DNA of 64,000 nucleotides from an uncultured delta proteobacterium (GTDB taxonomy: Bacteria; Myxococcota; B64-G9): the NCBI GenBank assembly GCA_963754925.1, contig CAVWHX010000003.1, positions 1 through 64,000 on the forward strand, in the 5' to 3' direction. The stretch's first letter is position 1; the number at the start of each line of letters is the position of its first letter. Positions 50,307 through 61,400 of the stretch are shown here, piece after piece. The notes beneath the pieces are model-generated. The model saw nothing but the letters and a program-made list of their open reading frames with translations. It was not told where the DNA came from and did not search any database. The position numbers were made by a program, and so were the translations under genes.

Positions 50307-52592
50307 TCAATGCTCAGTGCCAGAGAACACATCCACGACCCGCTTTCGACGAACCGCCTCATCGGTTACGGTGAGAGGGGAAACACGCTCGCCGATTTTG
50401 AGACGATAGGGACCCACGCTGTGCACGGGCGCTGATCCGTCCGTGCTATAGGGAACCACCAGTGAGAAATTGCCGGATGAATCGACCGCCGCCTCGCGTT
50501 CGTACAGAAAGGTCCGTCCCACGTTTGTTTGAACGGTCAATCGCAGGAAGACCTTTTCGCCGGGCGGCGCCTGTCCAACCAGTCGGGCCCCACCGACCAC
50601 CTCAAAGGCCTTAAACTCCGCCGTTGATTGACCAAGGAGGGTCTGGAAATGCTCTGATTCCAGCACCAGGCGAACGTGGCTCAACGGTTGCAGAGTATGA
50701 TCCTGGATGGAGCGGGCGGTGCCATCGCCGAGAAAAAGTCGGGTATGGAGCGCGCCCCAGAACGAGGTGCGGGGTTCATAATACATGAATAGATCGCGAC
50801 CGTCCGTCCTCAGCGAGGTACTCATGAAATCTTGCGTACTACCGGCAATCGCAGCCATATCTTGCACCTGGTCAAAAATCGACGACACCACGATCACCCG
50901 ATAGGAAGCTCTTTCCATTTCCCGTACGCAGGCTTCTTCGTCATGGGACAAAAGCAGTTGAAAGGCCGTCCGATTGACGGCCAAAGCCTCGGGAGTTCCA
51001 AATGAACTCACCGCAACGGCGCGCCCGGTAGCCCACAGCAAGGGATGCGCGTCGTTCCAACCGGTTAGCAGGGCATAGGCCGGGCGGCCGTCCGACGCCA
51101 CCGGGGGCGGCAGGAGGGAGGTGAGCGCGCGCCCAAACTCCAGCAGATGGCCCTTCGCAACGTAGGCATCATTAGAACCAGCCAGGCGGAAGAGACCAGA
51201 CACCAGGGGAATTAATGCTACGACAAGTGCGAGGATCGCCGTCGCAACCAGTAGTCGGCCGCGGGCTCTGCGTCCAGGCTCACGCACGTACCGCAACAGA
51301 TACGTGCCGCCGGAAACGATTGCCCAGGCTATGACTAGGGCTACGGCCGGAGCGGCATATTCGCCAAAGCGATTCTGTAAAAACAGCAGCACTCCGCCCA
51401 AGATCGCGAATATACTTGCCAGGGCTCGCGCTGATGAAATGGGTCTCTCATGGAAACTTCTCCAGACGAACATCAACAGCAGGACCGGAAAAAGCAGGAT
51501 CAGAGGCGTATACATACCAATGGCGCCGGACAGTGCAAAAAAACCGCGATCACTGAGCAACGGGGCGGATTCTCTGGCAAGCAGGTATGAGAGATCGTTC
51601 CCGGCCGCAACCGCCAGGACGTTGCTTAGTGATGCTGAAAGAGGCGGCCAGATCCAGAAGAGAAGCGGCACGGCCAGCGTGAGCGCTGCCGCGCATACTA
51701 TGAACACTTTCAGGCGGTAGTACGCGAGTGCCACCAAGACAAACGCCGCGAAAAGCGGCAACACTTGAATCCAGGAGAGCTGATATAAGGTGAATGCACT
51801 TTGAAACGAAGGCGCGCTGAGGATCACCATTAAACCGGTTAGTACTACAGCCGAACCAAGGCCAAACCATGCAACCGGCTTGGCATCACCAGCGGTAGGG
51901 CTGAATCGGAGCACCAACAGGGTGACCGGGATGGGTATGAAGAACAAGGCAGGAGTAATGATCCAAGAACTTGCCGCCACCGCCGCCAGAACCCCGACCC
52001 CTATGCTCCCTATTAAACGGCGGCCCCAGCTTTGGGCTTCCAGCGCCGCCAGCAGCGCCAGGAAGGCGCCTAAGGTCACTGGAGCTACCAGGGCGTGGTG
52101 GTCCGTCCTGCCCAGCAACGAGAAGCTGGCTGCACCCTGCATCAAGGCAAATAAAGCGGCGGCAACCGCAGCGGTGGGAGGATCGAAGGCTTTCTTCCCA
52201 AGTTGGTACGTCAGAAAGACTGCTGCGCCTCCAAGGACCGGCGGGAGCACGGCGGCCCACACAACCATAATCTCCTGACTCGCCCCGAGGAGACTGGGCA
52301 GAGCCACCAACAGGTCGAAAGCAATCGGCCAGGGAATCGGCGCCCCGGCGGGAAAGGAGATGAAAGGATCAAAGAAAGGCAGGTTCGGGAAGTGAGTGAC
52401 CAGATTCCAGGCGCGCTGGAGGTGATAGTAGTTGTCGGTGTCCGGCATCACCACCTCAGCGCCGGTAAATACCCAAGCCCCCGGAAGACAACGTACCGCC
52501 ACACCCAGAAGGGTCAAGGCCAGGGCAACGAGGTCCCACGAAAGAGAGCGGCGTTTCATGCTGTTCTGATCGCTACTCATGGTATTGCTCAA
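50307..52592 (-). CDS. STT3/AglB-type oligosaccharyltransferase
   Basis: DTDNYYH, FFDP, GRTDHH, RFGEY and many TMs; AglB-like beta tail (FKAFEVVGGARL...GRTFLY...LVVPYST). Confidence 0.75.
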   Translation of the reverse strand: MSNTMSSDQNSMKRRSLSWDLVALALTLLGVAVRCLPGAWVFTGAEVVMPDTDNYYHLQRAWNLVTHFPNLPFFDPFISFPAGAPIPWPIAFDLLVALPSLLGASQEIMVVWAAVLPPVLGGAAVFLTYQLGKKAFDPPTAAVAAALFALMQGAASFSLLGRTDHHALVAPVTLGAFLALLAALEAQSWGRRLIGSIGVGVLAAVAASSWIITPALFFIPIPVTLLVLRFSPTAGDAKPVAWFGLGSAVVLTGLMVILSAPSFQSAFTLYQLSWIQVLPLFAAFVLVALAYYRLKVFIVCAAALTLAVPLLFWIWPPLSASLSNVLAVAAGNDLSYLLARESAPLLSDRGFFALSGAIGMYTPLILLFPVLLLMFVWRSFHERPISSARALASIFAILGGVLLFLQNRFGEYAAPAVALVIAWAIVSGGTYLLRYVREPGRRARGRLLVATAILALVVALIPLVSGLFRLAGSNDAYVAKGHLLEFGRALTSLLPPPVASDGRPAYALLTGWNDAHPLLWATGRAVAVSSFGTPEALAVNRTAFQLLLSHDEEACVREMERASYRVIVVSSIFDQVQDMAAIAGSTQDFMSTSLRTDGRDLFMYYEPRTSFWGALHTRLFLGDGTARSIQDHTLQPLSHVRLVLESEHFQTLLGQSTAEFKAFEVVGGARLVGQAPPGEKVFLRLTVQTNVGRTFLYEREAAVDSSGNFSLVVPYSTDGSAPVHSVGPYRLKIGERVSPLTVTDEAVRRKRVVDVFSGTEH

Positions 52593-52640
52593 GCAAGAGA
52601 CACATCAAATGATAGGATGGAGAGGGCTTCAGATCAAACT

Positions 52641-54268
52641 TTACCACGAGCAGTCGAGCACGGCATAGGCATTTTGGATCTGCTGGTTTACTCTCATGGC
52701 CGGTCCGAGATAAACGCCGTTCCATTTTCTGTCAACATACATATAGCCGATACGTATGAACAGGTGCTCAGTGACCAGCTGCTGGACAACGTACACTTCA
52801 TAGACATTCCCTCTGACCCCGTATTTGTTAATCGAGGAGATCTGAAGGGGACGACCAGGTAAAGTGGTAGCGGGTCCCCCTATTAAATTCAAATCCTATC
52901 CTTAATGGGTAATTTTTGAAAAACGACCAAATATACTCAGGTGGAGAATAACGAAATCCAACGTACACAAAGTGAGCCAACGTGAGTTTTGTGTTCCACG
53001 GCGAAGTAGGATTATCAGGGTCATCGTTAGCTGATGCGAGCCCAATTCTGACCTTCTGAGGCACATTGCTGGCGGTTTGACCGGTATCGAGTATCGTCCC
53101 ATCACTGGTCATCGTCTCCTGTTTTAGATAAACATCATAAGTTTCATACTGGTTGGTTGGTTTGAGAAACGTGAGCGTGTAGGCGCCAAAGAGATCGAGC
53201 CCTGATCCGAGTATATTTTTTAGTTCTAATAAGGTATTAAAGATTAGCATAAAGTCCTAAATTGTTTTGGCCTGGTTTTGGCGGTTCTGGATAAACAGGT
53301 TCGTTCGCGTCATAGGGGAAGATGGCATTGTCTCTAAAGCCGAATTTGGGGACGACAACAGACCCCAATTGAAAAACATTATCACCAAGAAACGGCAGCT
53401 TCATCTCTAACACACCGGCGAACGCATTGAATTCCTGGAACCCGTCATTGGTAAATAGATTATTGTCCATATCGATGCGCGCGCCTGCAAAATTAGCAAA
53501 CGGTAGATAGGCAAAGCGAAACAAATCGGTGTCTGACCACCCAATACCGAAACCAATACCTTCCATGTCAGCCTCGACCATTTGCACCCCCCAGGTCGCG
53601 TTGCGTATGGTGTTTTCTTTCAACTCAGCCGGGGGACCTTCTGGTGACGAGACTCTTCCGGCCGAAATGCCGAACCATTTTATGGGCCGCCACTCGAAAA
53701 AGGCGCGTTCGATGCGTAAACCAGCATCGAGCGGATAACGGGTGATTTCCATATCGAGCAGATACGGATTGGTTTCCGATAAGTTTAAGTATTTATAAGT
53801 AATAATCTGTCCGTAAAAACGCAAACCTTCGACAATCTCGTATTCCATGGTGAGGCGCAATCTCATGGTCCAGGCGCTGCCGTACGATTTATCGATATTC
53901 TGACTTTGGATTAGTTTGACAAAATTGCCATTTTGATCCACGACGTCTATCGGTGCAAATAACGGACTGTTGTCTCTGAGATGAAAGTTGTTGCAGGTGA
54001 CCCGAAGCGCCCCGGACCAATCCATACGGTCTCGACTCAATTTCTCTCTAATCTTGTCCTGTTCGCCAATTATCTCCTCGATGTCATTATCAATCTGTTC
54101 GAGCCTTTTTTGCAGGTCTGAATCTAACGTGCTACTGGGTTTGGGTTGGTTAACAAAAGTTTCATCGGCGTTCCGTTGATCAGCCCCTCTACTAACTATC
54201 GGAAGCGAGAGTGCGATAATTGTGAACGCCCCAGCAAAAACGATTCGGTTCGACCATTTTTTTGTCAT
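52641..54268 (-). CDS. DUF3373-like outer-membrane beta-barrel protein; frameshifts ~53245 and ~52830
   Basis: Signal peptide, coiled coil, DRMDWSGALR, RIERAFFEW, GFEFNRG...INKYGVRGNVYEVY and terminal W, across three consecutive ORFs. Confidence 0.65.
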
Positions 54269-54279
54269 AGTTCCCTTCC

Positions 54280-56382
54280 TTATACCTGTCGTAAACGAAG
54301 ATCAGAGCGGCATGCCCGCGATACCACTTCCCTTTTTCTTTCTTCTTTCGACGAGATATACTCAATCAACTTGGTTAGTTCCCCATCAGAGAAATACAAT
54401 TTTAGATCTCGATGCTGATTGTGAGACCCCCGGGATATGAAACGTACCCACTGGGTCTTAGTCTTTTTCTTCCAATCCATAGCATGGCAATACGTGCAGC
54501 CATACGTTGCCACTTGCTCTCCAGTCCAACTACCGCTACCGCTCAGGAGATTGATAGTCGCGACCGTGACCGGTTTTTTGGGTTCATTCGCCGGCTGACT
54601 GGAAGCAGATGGCGTACCATGTTTATTGGTGTTGCCAGCCGTTGATGTATCACTCGTTGTAGCGGCGATATCCTTCTTGGGCGGTTCGGTTATTGCGGCA
54701 CTGGAATCAGACACCGCTGTTTCAGCAGGTTTTGGTTGAGCCACCGCGGCACCGATAATACCGGCAGGACCTGATATTGATTGCTTATCGGCGGGTTCCT
54801 CTGAATGTGACGTGTCGTCAAGGTATTCAACATTGGCATCGTCCGTTTCAACAACCGGCCTCCTCCGGGGAGGGGGTTGATAGATTGGCCTTTTCACATT
54901 CGCGTTCGGAAGCTTTTGTTTTTTCTGCCGCGGCTTGAGATATTCCTGTTGGTTTTTCGATGCCAGCAACAACACCATGACCCTCGGCTTCCGGCACTGG
55001 GTTCGGGTTAAGTCCGTTCTTGACTACCGACGGGGTTCTCACGGGCGCTGCAGAATGTGAGAGAGACGAGTCACCGGCGACAGAAGGGGGAGCAGCAGCA
55101 ATACCAGATGGTATAGGTTTCGTATCAATCGGTGGTTGGGGGATCGGGGCTTGATCATTCTTCAAAAAGAGTTGGTGGATAACTATCATCCCACCGATAA
55201 ATAAAAGAAAAGCCACCGCTAACGTCAGGTAAGGATTGGTGTGTTTCGAAGCTATAATCGGCCCAACCGGCTGAACCGTGGTTGGCCTTTCAGTCGACGC
55301 AACGGGTTTCTCTGGAGAATCCAGCGTCGACGGAAGAGAAATAATCCCTGAATTAGATGTCTTTTTCTTGATCCGGTCGGCCTTTTCTTGAACCAGTTGT
55401 TCGAACTTACGGCGCTGTTCGATGCGCTGTCTGAATTCGCTTTGATACCAATTCTTGACCTCCATCGTCGAGGCTATTCCTTCGTGCTTGTCAGCAAACT
55501 CATACAGTGCGCGGGCGAAATCTTCGCCTGTCTGGTAACGTCTGTCTCTGTTTTTATCGGTAGCTTTGTAGACAATCGCCTCTAATTCCGGTGGCACAGA
55601 AGGATTGAATTCAGCCGGCGATGGGATCGAATCTTGAAGAATGCTGTTGATGATTTCCGGCATCGACGTTTCCTGAGGTAAAAGAAAATGGCCGCTTCAT
55701 CGTTATCAATTCATACAGCACGAGCCCTAAAGCATACAGATCAACCCGTCCATCAATGTCCTTGAATTTGAAAACATCTGGCGCCAAATATGAGAGTTTC
55801 CCTTTAATTAACCCAGGGAGAGTAAATTCGGTCTGAACCGTGGACTTAGCAATCCCAAAGTCGATCACTTTGAGGTAACCCTGACTATCGATCATGAGGT
55901 TTTGAGCGCCGATGTCCCGGTGCACCAGATTAAGGGATTTTCCATCCGGTGCCTTTACCGTATGAGCGTAATGCAATGCTTCTGCCGCTTCAATCACCAG
56001 CTTAGAAATAATTGGCAGTGGAAAAGTCTTCTTAGCATTCTTGAGCGCCCGCAACATATAGTCGATATTCTCGCCATCAATGTACTCCATAGTGATGCAA
56101 ATTTGGTCGTTAACTCTACTAAGATCGTACACTTTAACGATATGTGGGTGATCGAGCGAGGCGATGACCCGCGCCTCATCGATGAACATTTGGATGGCGC
56201 TGTCGTTTTTAAGTCCTTGTGCGTGAATCATTTTTATCACCAACAACCGCTCAAAGCCTTGCTCGCCGAGTTGAACCCCAAGAAACACATCAGCCATCCC
56301 ACCGGAACCAAGTTTTGCAATTGGCCGGTACCGTTCTGGTTTGGGGACATCCACGGTTAAATTTTTCATCAAGGGGCTCCAT
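54280..56382 (-). CDS. Membrane Ser/Thr kinase with C-terminal CxxCH cytochrome c domain (reconstructed across frameshifts)
   Basis: GSGGMA, LVIK, HRDIGAQN and DFG (55611..56372); C-lobe and TM (54848..55663); low-complexity linker and CTYCH (54280..54978); GGAGGTGA RBS before ATG 56382. Confidence 0.7.
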
Positions 56383-56899
56383 TACTCACCTCCGACATAA
56401 GGTCTCATCGGTATTCTTCAAACAGACCACTGACCACTGTTCGGTGGGCACCGTTGCCCCCCCTCCCAAGGCAGGGAGCCCAGTCCAGACTTGCTTGTTG
56501 AACGCGCTTCCTAGCTAGAGGAACTACCTGATCGGTATGAACTCTGACCAACAGAAACATTAATAGCAGCCTCTTATCTCTATCTTATTTTTTACCAGAT
56601 CGACCGAAAAAGTATAGGGGTTTTAACCCATTATTTTTATTTGTTTTGCTCCTTATGGGGCCATCTATCACTTCGCTAATCGGGGCTTAAAGTAGCTCGT
56701 ATTTCATCTTCAAGTCAATGGCTGTATTATATTGTTAACATATTATACTTTCTGGTAACCACACCTCTCCTTACACTATCTTTTTTCCCGAAGATAGAAC
56801 AACCAGGCTACGAGCTTTAATGAATACGTTGCGGTTTGTACACGATGTCAGGTATTGGAGCAGGAAGTGAGTCTCCGGGCCGTCGTCCCAGCATCACGG

Positions 56900-59095
56900 T
56901 TAGGTGTCCTTGGGCGGCTTAGGAGGGGCTGGCGTGGATGTGGTCTCATCGGGGGAATCGTGCGCCCAGGTCGGCTTCTCTGGAACGCCCAGATCAGGGG
57001 GCAACTTCGCGGGCAGGGGAAGCTGAAGGTTGATGGCCTCATCGGAGAAGCGCTGCTGCGCCTCCTCTTCGGTGAGCACGCCGGTCAGCCAGGAAGTGTC
57101 CATCGGGTACTCCTCATGCCGATAGATGGTGTGAAAGAAGTGCCAGACGACGATGGACAGGGTGGCTAGCACCGCTTCGTAAAAATGGATGGTTCGGGAG
57201 ACCTCGATCAACCAGGCAGGCCAGCTACTCGGAAAGGATTTGGGGAACCAAAGGATAAATCCCGTAAGTGCCATGATTACGGTGCCCCAGAGGAGGGCCC
57301 AATATTCCGCCTTCTCGGCATAGTTGAACACGGCGTAGCGAGGTCGCGCCGTGCTCCAGCCGGCGTAATACTTCATGGTCGCTATGAACTCTTCGAAGTC
57401 GCGCGGGCGCGGCATCATGGGGATGATCCAGTTCTTCCCCTGCCTGCTGAACAGCTGGTAGACGAAGAAAGCCATGAAGTTCGCCAGCAGCACCACGGCC
57501 GCAAAGCGGTGGATGAAGCCGCGGATGCCCTCGGTCATGCCCAGCGCATACGCCCAGGTGAAAAAGATCGACTCCGGGTACTTCAGGGCAAAACCCGAGA
57601 AGACCAGTACGAAGAAGGTCAGCAGCAGGATCCAGTGCCAGAACCTCTCGAAACGGTTGAGCCGCACAATCCGGGGATGCTGCTTTTGATAATGGAACTT
57701 CCGGCGCAGTGCATGGCTCCAGATGACCAGGTTGTGCAGCAGCATTGCGCCGATGATTGCGAAAATCAGGAACAGGTAGATAAGGATGACGATCTGTTTG
57801 ATATCTCCACCCTGATCTAATGACTTGGTCTTGTGGGTGAAGCTCATAATGAAGGACTCGCTCGTCTGTCCGTGGCAACGGCCGCAGGTGGTTCCGCGGT
57901 TGGATAAGTTCATACGCGATTGCGGGTGTGAAGAGGGCAAAGAGTGGTGGGCGTCATGGCAGTCGGCGCAGGTGGCAGAGGTGCCGGCGGTGCCGCGCTG
58001 TGTCAGTCCGTGGAAGTCGCGCATATAGCTCTCAACCGGCGAGGTGTCCAAGGCGTAACGGGCCATCATGCGCGCGTTGCCGTGGCACCAAATGCAGATT
58101 TCGGTGCCGGCGAAGTTGCGGTGCATCCCCGGCTGAGTTCGAAGCGACATGACGTCGTGGTCGCCGTGGCAGGTGGTGCAGGTGGGAACGTCGAGGTTGC
58201 CGTGCAGGAGCGCCCGGCCGTGCGAGCCCTCGCTGAATATCTGGACAACGTCTGCGTGGCACTGAGCGCAGGTCACCAAGAGGCCCCGGCGGTTAACGCG
58301 CGATTCCGGGTCGGCCGAACGTAGCACCGTGTGCCGTCCGTGGCAATCGGCACAGGTTGCCGCCGGCTTGCCTTCCTTCACTCCCTGCCAATGAACGCTG
58401 GAGTAGTATCGTTCGATAAGCCGGCGCTTGGTGATACCGCCTTCCGGGACCAGAAGGTCGTTGGCATGGCACCTGCCGCAGGTCTGCGGTTGGTTCAGCG
58501 GAGAGAGAAGCGAGTCCTTGGACCCGAGCGGAACGATCCGATGGCCGCCGTGGCAGTCGTTGCAGTAGGGAGCGTTGGTCACCGTGCCGCTCCGGAAGGC
58601 CTCACCGTGTACTCCTGCAGAGTACTCCTTTTCAGCCTGTTCATGGCATTGATTACACATCAGGGTCAGGCGATTGCCGTCGTTGTGGGGGGCGTCGTCG
58701 AAGGTCTTGGCTCCGCCGTGGCAGTCGGTGCAGGCGAGTTGCTCGTGCACTGAACCCACCAGGGCGTTGGCTTCCACCTGGAGCTTGAGGGTTTTGCCCC
58801 GATCCGTGACCGGTTGGATGTCCTTATCGGCGTGGCAGTCCAGGCACGCCTGGTCGGCGTCGGGTTTCTTGGGAAGAGTATGCTTGGCGCGTTTGGAAGG
58901 ATCTTTGGGAGGTGGGCTCGAAAGATCGTTCGGCGCAGCCTGAAGCCTCGGCGGCAGGAGCGATATAAATGCGAAACCAATGCTAAGACCAATCAGAATG
59001 AGACGGGATACCTTCACGAAACCATTCCCCTGCGCCAAAGGTTTATTGCGGCGGTCTCGTGCGGGCGGTGGAAATAAATGGAAATTTTGACGCAA
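56900..59095 (-). CDS. Multiheme cytochrome c (11 CxxCH) fused to an FdnI/HydC-type cytochrome b (CbcL-like)
   Basis: 11 CxxCH motifs counted, followed by TM helices with ERFWHW, FIHR, IHFYEA and WHFFH. Confidence 0.9.
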   Translation of the reverse strand: MRQNFHLFPPPARDRRNKPLAQGNGFVKVSRLILIGLSIGFAFISLLPPRLQAAPNDLSSPPPKDPSKRAKHTLPKKPDADQACLDCHADKDIQPVTDRGKTLKLQVEANALVGSVHEQLACTDCHGGAKTFDDAPHNDGNRLTLMCNQCHEQAEKEYSAGVHGEAFRSGTVTNAPYCNDCHGGHRIVPLGSKDSLLSPLNQPQTCGRCHANDLLVPEGGITKRRLIERYYSSVHWQGVKEGKPAATCADCHGRHTVLRSADPESRVNRRGLLVTCAQCHADVVQIFSEGSHGRALLHGNLDVPTCTTCHGDHDVMSLRTQPGMHRNFAGTEICIWCHGNARMMARYALDTSPVESYMRDFHGLTQRGTAGTSATCADCHDAHHSLPSSHPQSRMNLSNRGTTCGRCHGQTSESFIMSFTHKTKSLDQGGDIKQIVILIYLFLIFAIIGAMLLHNLVIWSHALRRKFHYQKQHPRIVRLNRFERFWHWILLLTFFVLVFSGFALKYPESIFFTWAYALGMTEGIRGFIHRFAAVVLLANFMAFFVYQLFSRQGKNWIIPMMPRPRDFEEFIATMKYYAGWSTARPRYAVFNYAEKAEYWALLWGTVIMALTGFILWFPKSFPSSWPAWLIEVSRTIHFYEAVLATLSIVVWHFFHTIYRHEEYPMDTSWLTGVLTEEEAQQRFSDEAINLQLPLPAKLPPDLGVPEKPTWAHDSPDETTSTPAPPKPPKDT

Positions 59096-59293
59096 TGGTT
59101 ATTCCTTTTTACCCCACAGTTCCCACGGCACCTGCGAATGTCGAGGACCACGCTAACTCTCAATCCCCGTGCGAGTCAATGATGGTAAAAGGCCAAACAG
59201 AAATCACCTAACCGAGGGAACACGGTTGCCCCTTCGACCACTTCCCCGTTTCACAAATCTGTGATAGCGCAAACGACAACCGTGTTCAAGCCG

Positions 59294-59953
59294 TCATCGG
59301 CTCCAGGTAGTCCGCACGCGCATCTGAACGAGTGGGATGCCGGCCTTCTCGCCGTCTGGTTCGGGCACGGCCCACTCCCCCCGCGGATTCTTTCCTCCCG
59401 CAAGGACTATGAGCCGGTGCACGAACTCGCTCACGTACAGCTGGAAAAATGGTGCGACGATGGCGGGACAGCCGAAGATGACTGACTCGGCGACACCCCT
59501 GCCAACAATGCGCGCGTCGGTGTTGCCGAAATCGAAATACTGCTGATGAATTACCGGCATGCGGCGTATGGCCGCTTCGGGGGAGGTGAAGAACAGAAGT
59601 ACCCGGTACACGCCGCTCAGATCCTGCTCGGCATGCAAAATGGCGCCCGCGGTTACCAAATCCTCGGCCGAACGCCCCGTGGCGGCAACTGCTCCTCCGA
59701 CGAGAAGCAGCACCGGCAGGTAGTCGTACCATCCGCTCGGCATGAACTTCTGGCTCAGGAACTCCCGGGCAGCGGGATCGTCAATGAACTTCAAGACCTG
59801 CTTAAGCCCACCAGGCACCAGATTCGCCTGGCGGTCCCGCAGTCCGGTATAGGCGCTACCTTTGATATGGAAGGGGCTTGTGCCGGCAGGTATCGGGAGC
59901 TTGGGAGGAAACACGAGCGGGAGTCTTCCATCGGCGTTCGTCATACCTATCAC
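59294..59953 (-). CDS. Hypothetical protein (myxobacterial type)
   Basis: 219-aa ORF with plausible composition; no family recognised with confidence. Confidence 0.55.
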   Translation of the reverse strand: MIGMTNADGRLPLVFPPKLPIPAGTSPFHIKGSAYTGLRDRQANLVPGGLKQVLKFIDDPAAREFLSQKFMPSGWYDYLPVLLLVGGAVAATGRSAEDLVTAGAILHAEQDLSGVYRVLLFFTSPEAAIRRMPVIHQQYFDFGNTDARIVGRGVAESVIFGCPAIVAPFFQLYVSEFVHRLIVLAGGKNPRGEWAVPEPDGEKAGIPLVQMRVRTTWSR

Positions 59954-60151
59954 CTCTCTCAGAACGCCCCCACCGATAATACTAAGTTTACTCCGAATGA
60001 ACGCTCAAGTCAAAGCGCCCTGAAGTTACCGGCAAGATTTTAAGAGATCAAGCGCATACCCCTACGAAAGACAGGTTCGTTCTTTGTCTAACATTATCGA
60101 GGAGATAGCGATGGCGGGTCAACCCGAGATGAATGCCTTGGTAATTAAATT

Positions 60152-61351
60152 CTAATTGGTTGCTTTCTCTTGAGTTTCCTTCGCCTGCGCATCTGAAACA
60201 AAGTGCATGGTTATCTGCACTACCTCGGGTTGACTCCCCAGCCTCACCGGTGGTCCCCAAGTGCCATAGCCACAGGATACATAAAAATTAGTATTACCAA
60301 ATCTCCGGTATCCCCAACTTATATCAAAGATCATACGGGTTATGAACTGTATAGGCCAGAGCTGACCATTATGCGTATGGCCCGATACTTGGAGGTCTAC
60401 CTTATTTCGAATCGCCTGATCAAGACCTAGTGGTTGATGATCCATCAGCACAATAGGTAAGTTCTTGTTCACTCCGGCAAGAATCTGCTCCAAGGGTTTT
60501 CTCTTTCGGCCGGTCATTTGGGTGAACGTGCGGTCTTCCCTGCCAACCAGAACAAAACGATCATCGATGGTAATTGCGGTGTCGCGTAATACCGTCACCC
60601 CATGATCGGTCAAATAGCGAACCGACTCTTCTACGCCGCCATAATATTCATGGTTGCCGGTTACCGCGAACGTTCCATAACGGGAGCGAATATTTTTCAA
60701 TGTCTCCCCCATATTTTCTTCAACAACCGGTCTGACATCCTCGTCGATAATATCACCAGCAAGTAAAACAATATCCGGGCGCAGACCATTTATTAAGTCA
60801 ACCATATGCGCAAGACGAGAGTTTTGAATGATGGTGCCTAAATGAATGTCGGTCACCAACGCAATAGTGAGAGACTCACGCCTCTCATCCGCTGTCTGGA
60901 CGTTTATATCGACGTGTCGAATCCGTGGATGAAGCGCATTAATATATCCAATAACCATCACTATCGATGTAGTCGTAATTGCAGCCAGTGCTGTTAGTTG
61001 CTTGGTTCGATCAATGTTCGCGGTAATCCAAATAGGGAACCAATTAAAAAAGTGATTACTCAATCGAAGGAGATCCACCACAATAACAATAAGAAATAGA
61101 TATAAAATGATACCAAACCAGAAAGAGCCTATCCAGGTCAGCCAGTGGCTGAGGCCGGAGACGGTGAATCTCCCAATAATCCGACCGGCGATGTATGAAA
61201 GAGCAAAAAAGAGAAAGATGCCAAGGTAGGGGATTTTTAATTGAGAGCCGCTCGGTAACGCCTGCCAGCCCCTGAGGAAGACATAGTAATTGGCGCTTCC
61301 ATAAATGGTAAAAAAAACGGCAAAAAAGATAACCATAGCTAATATTTTCAT
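60152..61351 (-). CDS. Membrane-anchored metallophosphoesterase (YkuE-like)
   Basis: DIHLG, GDIID, GNHE, HQP and GHTHNGQ. Confidence 0.9.
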   Translation of the reverse strand: MKILAMVIFFAVFFTIYGSANYYVFLRGWQALPSGSQLKIPYLGIFLFFALSYIAGRIIGRFTVSGLSHWLTWIGSFWFGIILYLFLIVIVVDLLRLSNHFFNWFPIWITANIDRTKQLTALAAITTTSIVMVIGYINALHPRIRHVDINVQTADERRESLTIALVTDIHLGTIIQNSRLAHMVDLINGLRPDIVLLAGDIIDEDVRPVVEENMGETLKNIRSRYGTFAVTGNHEYYGGVEESVRYLTDHGVTVLRDTAITIDDRFVLVGREDRTFTQMTGRKRKPLEQILAGVNKNLPIVLMDHQPLGLDQAIRNKVDLQVSGHTHNGQLWPIQFITRMIFDISWGYRRFGNTNFYVSCGYGTWGPPVRLGSQPEVVQITMHFVSDAQAKETQEKATN

Positions 61352-61400
61352 GTGTTCGCTGAATGCCTATAATGGGTGGCGTTCACATCGCTTTTAGACG

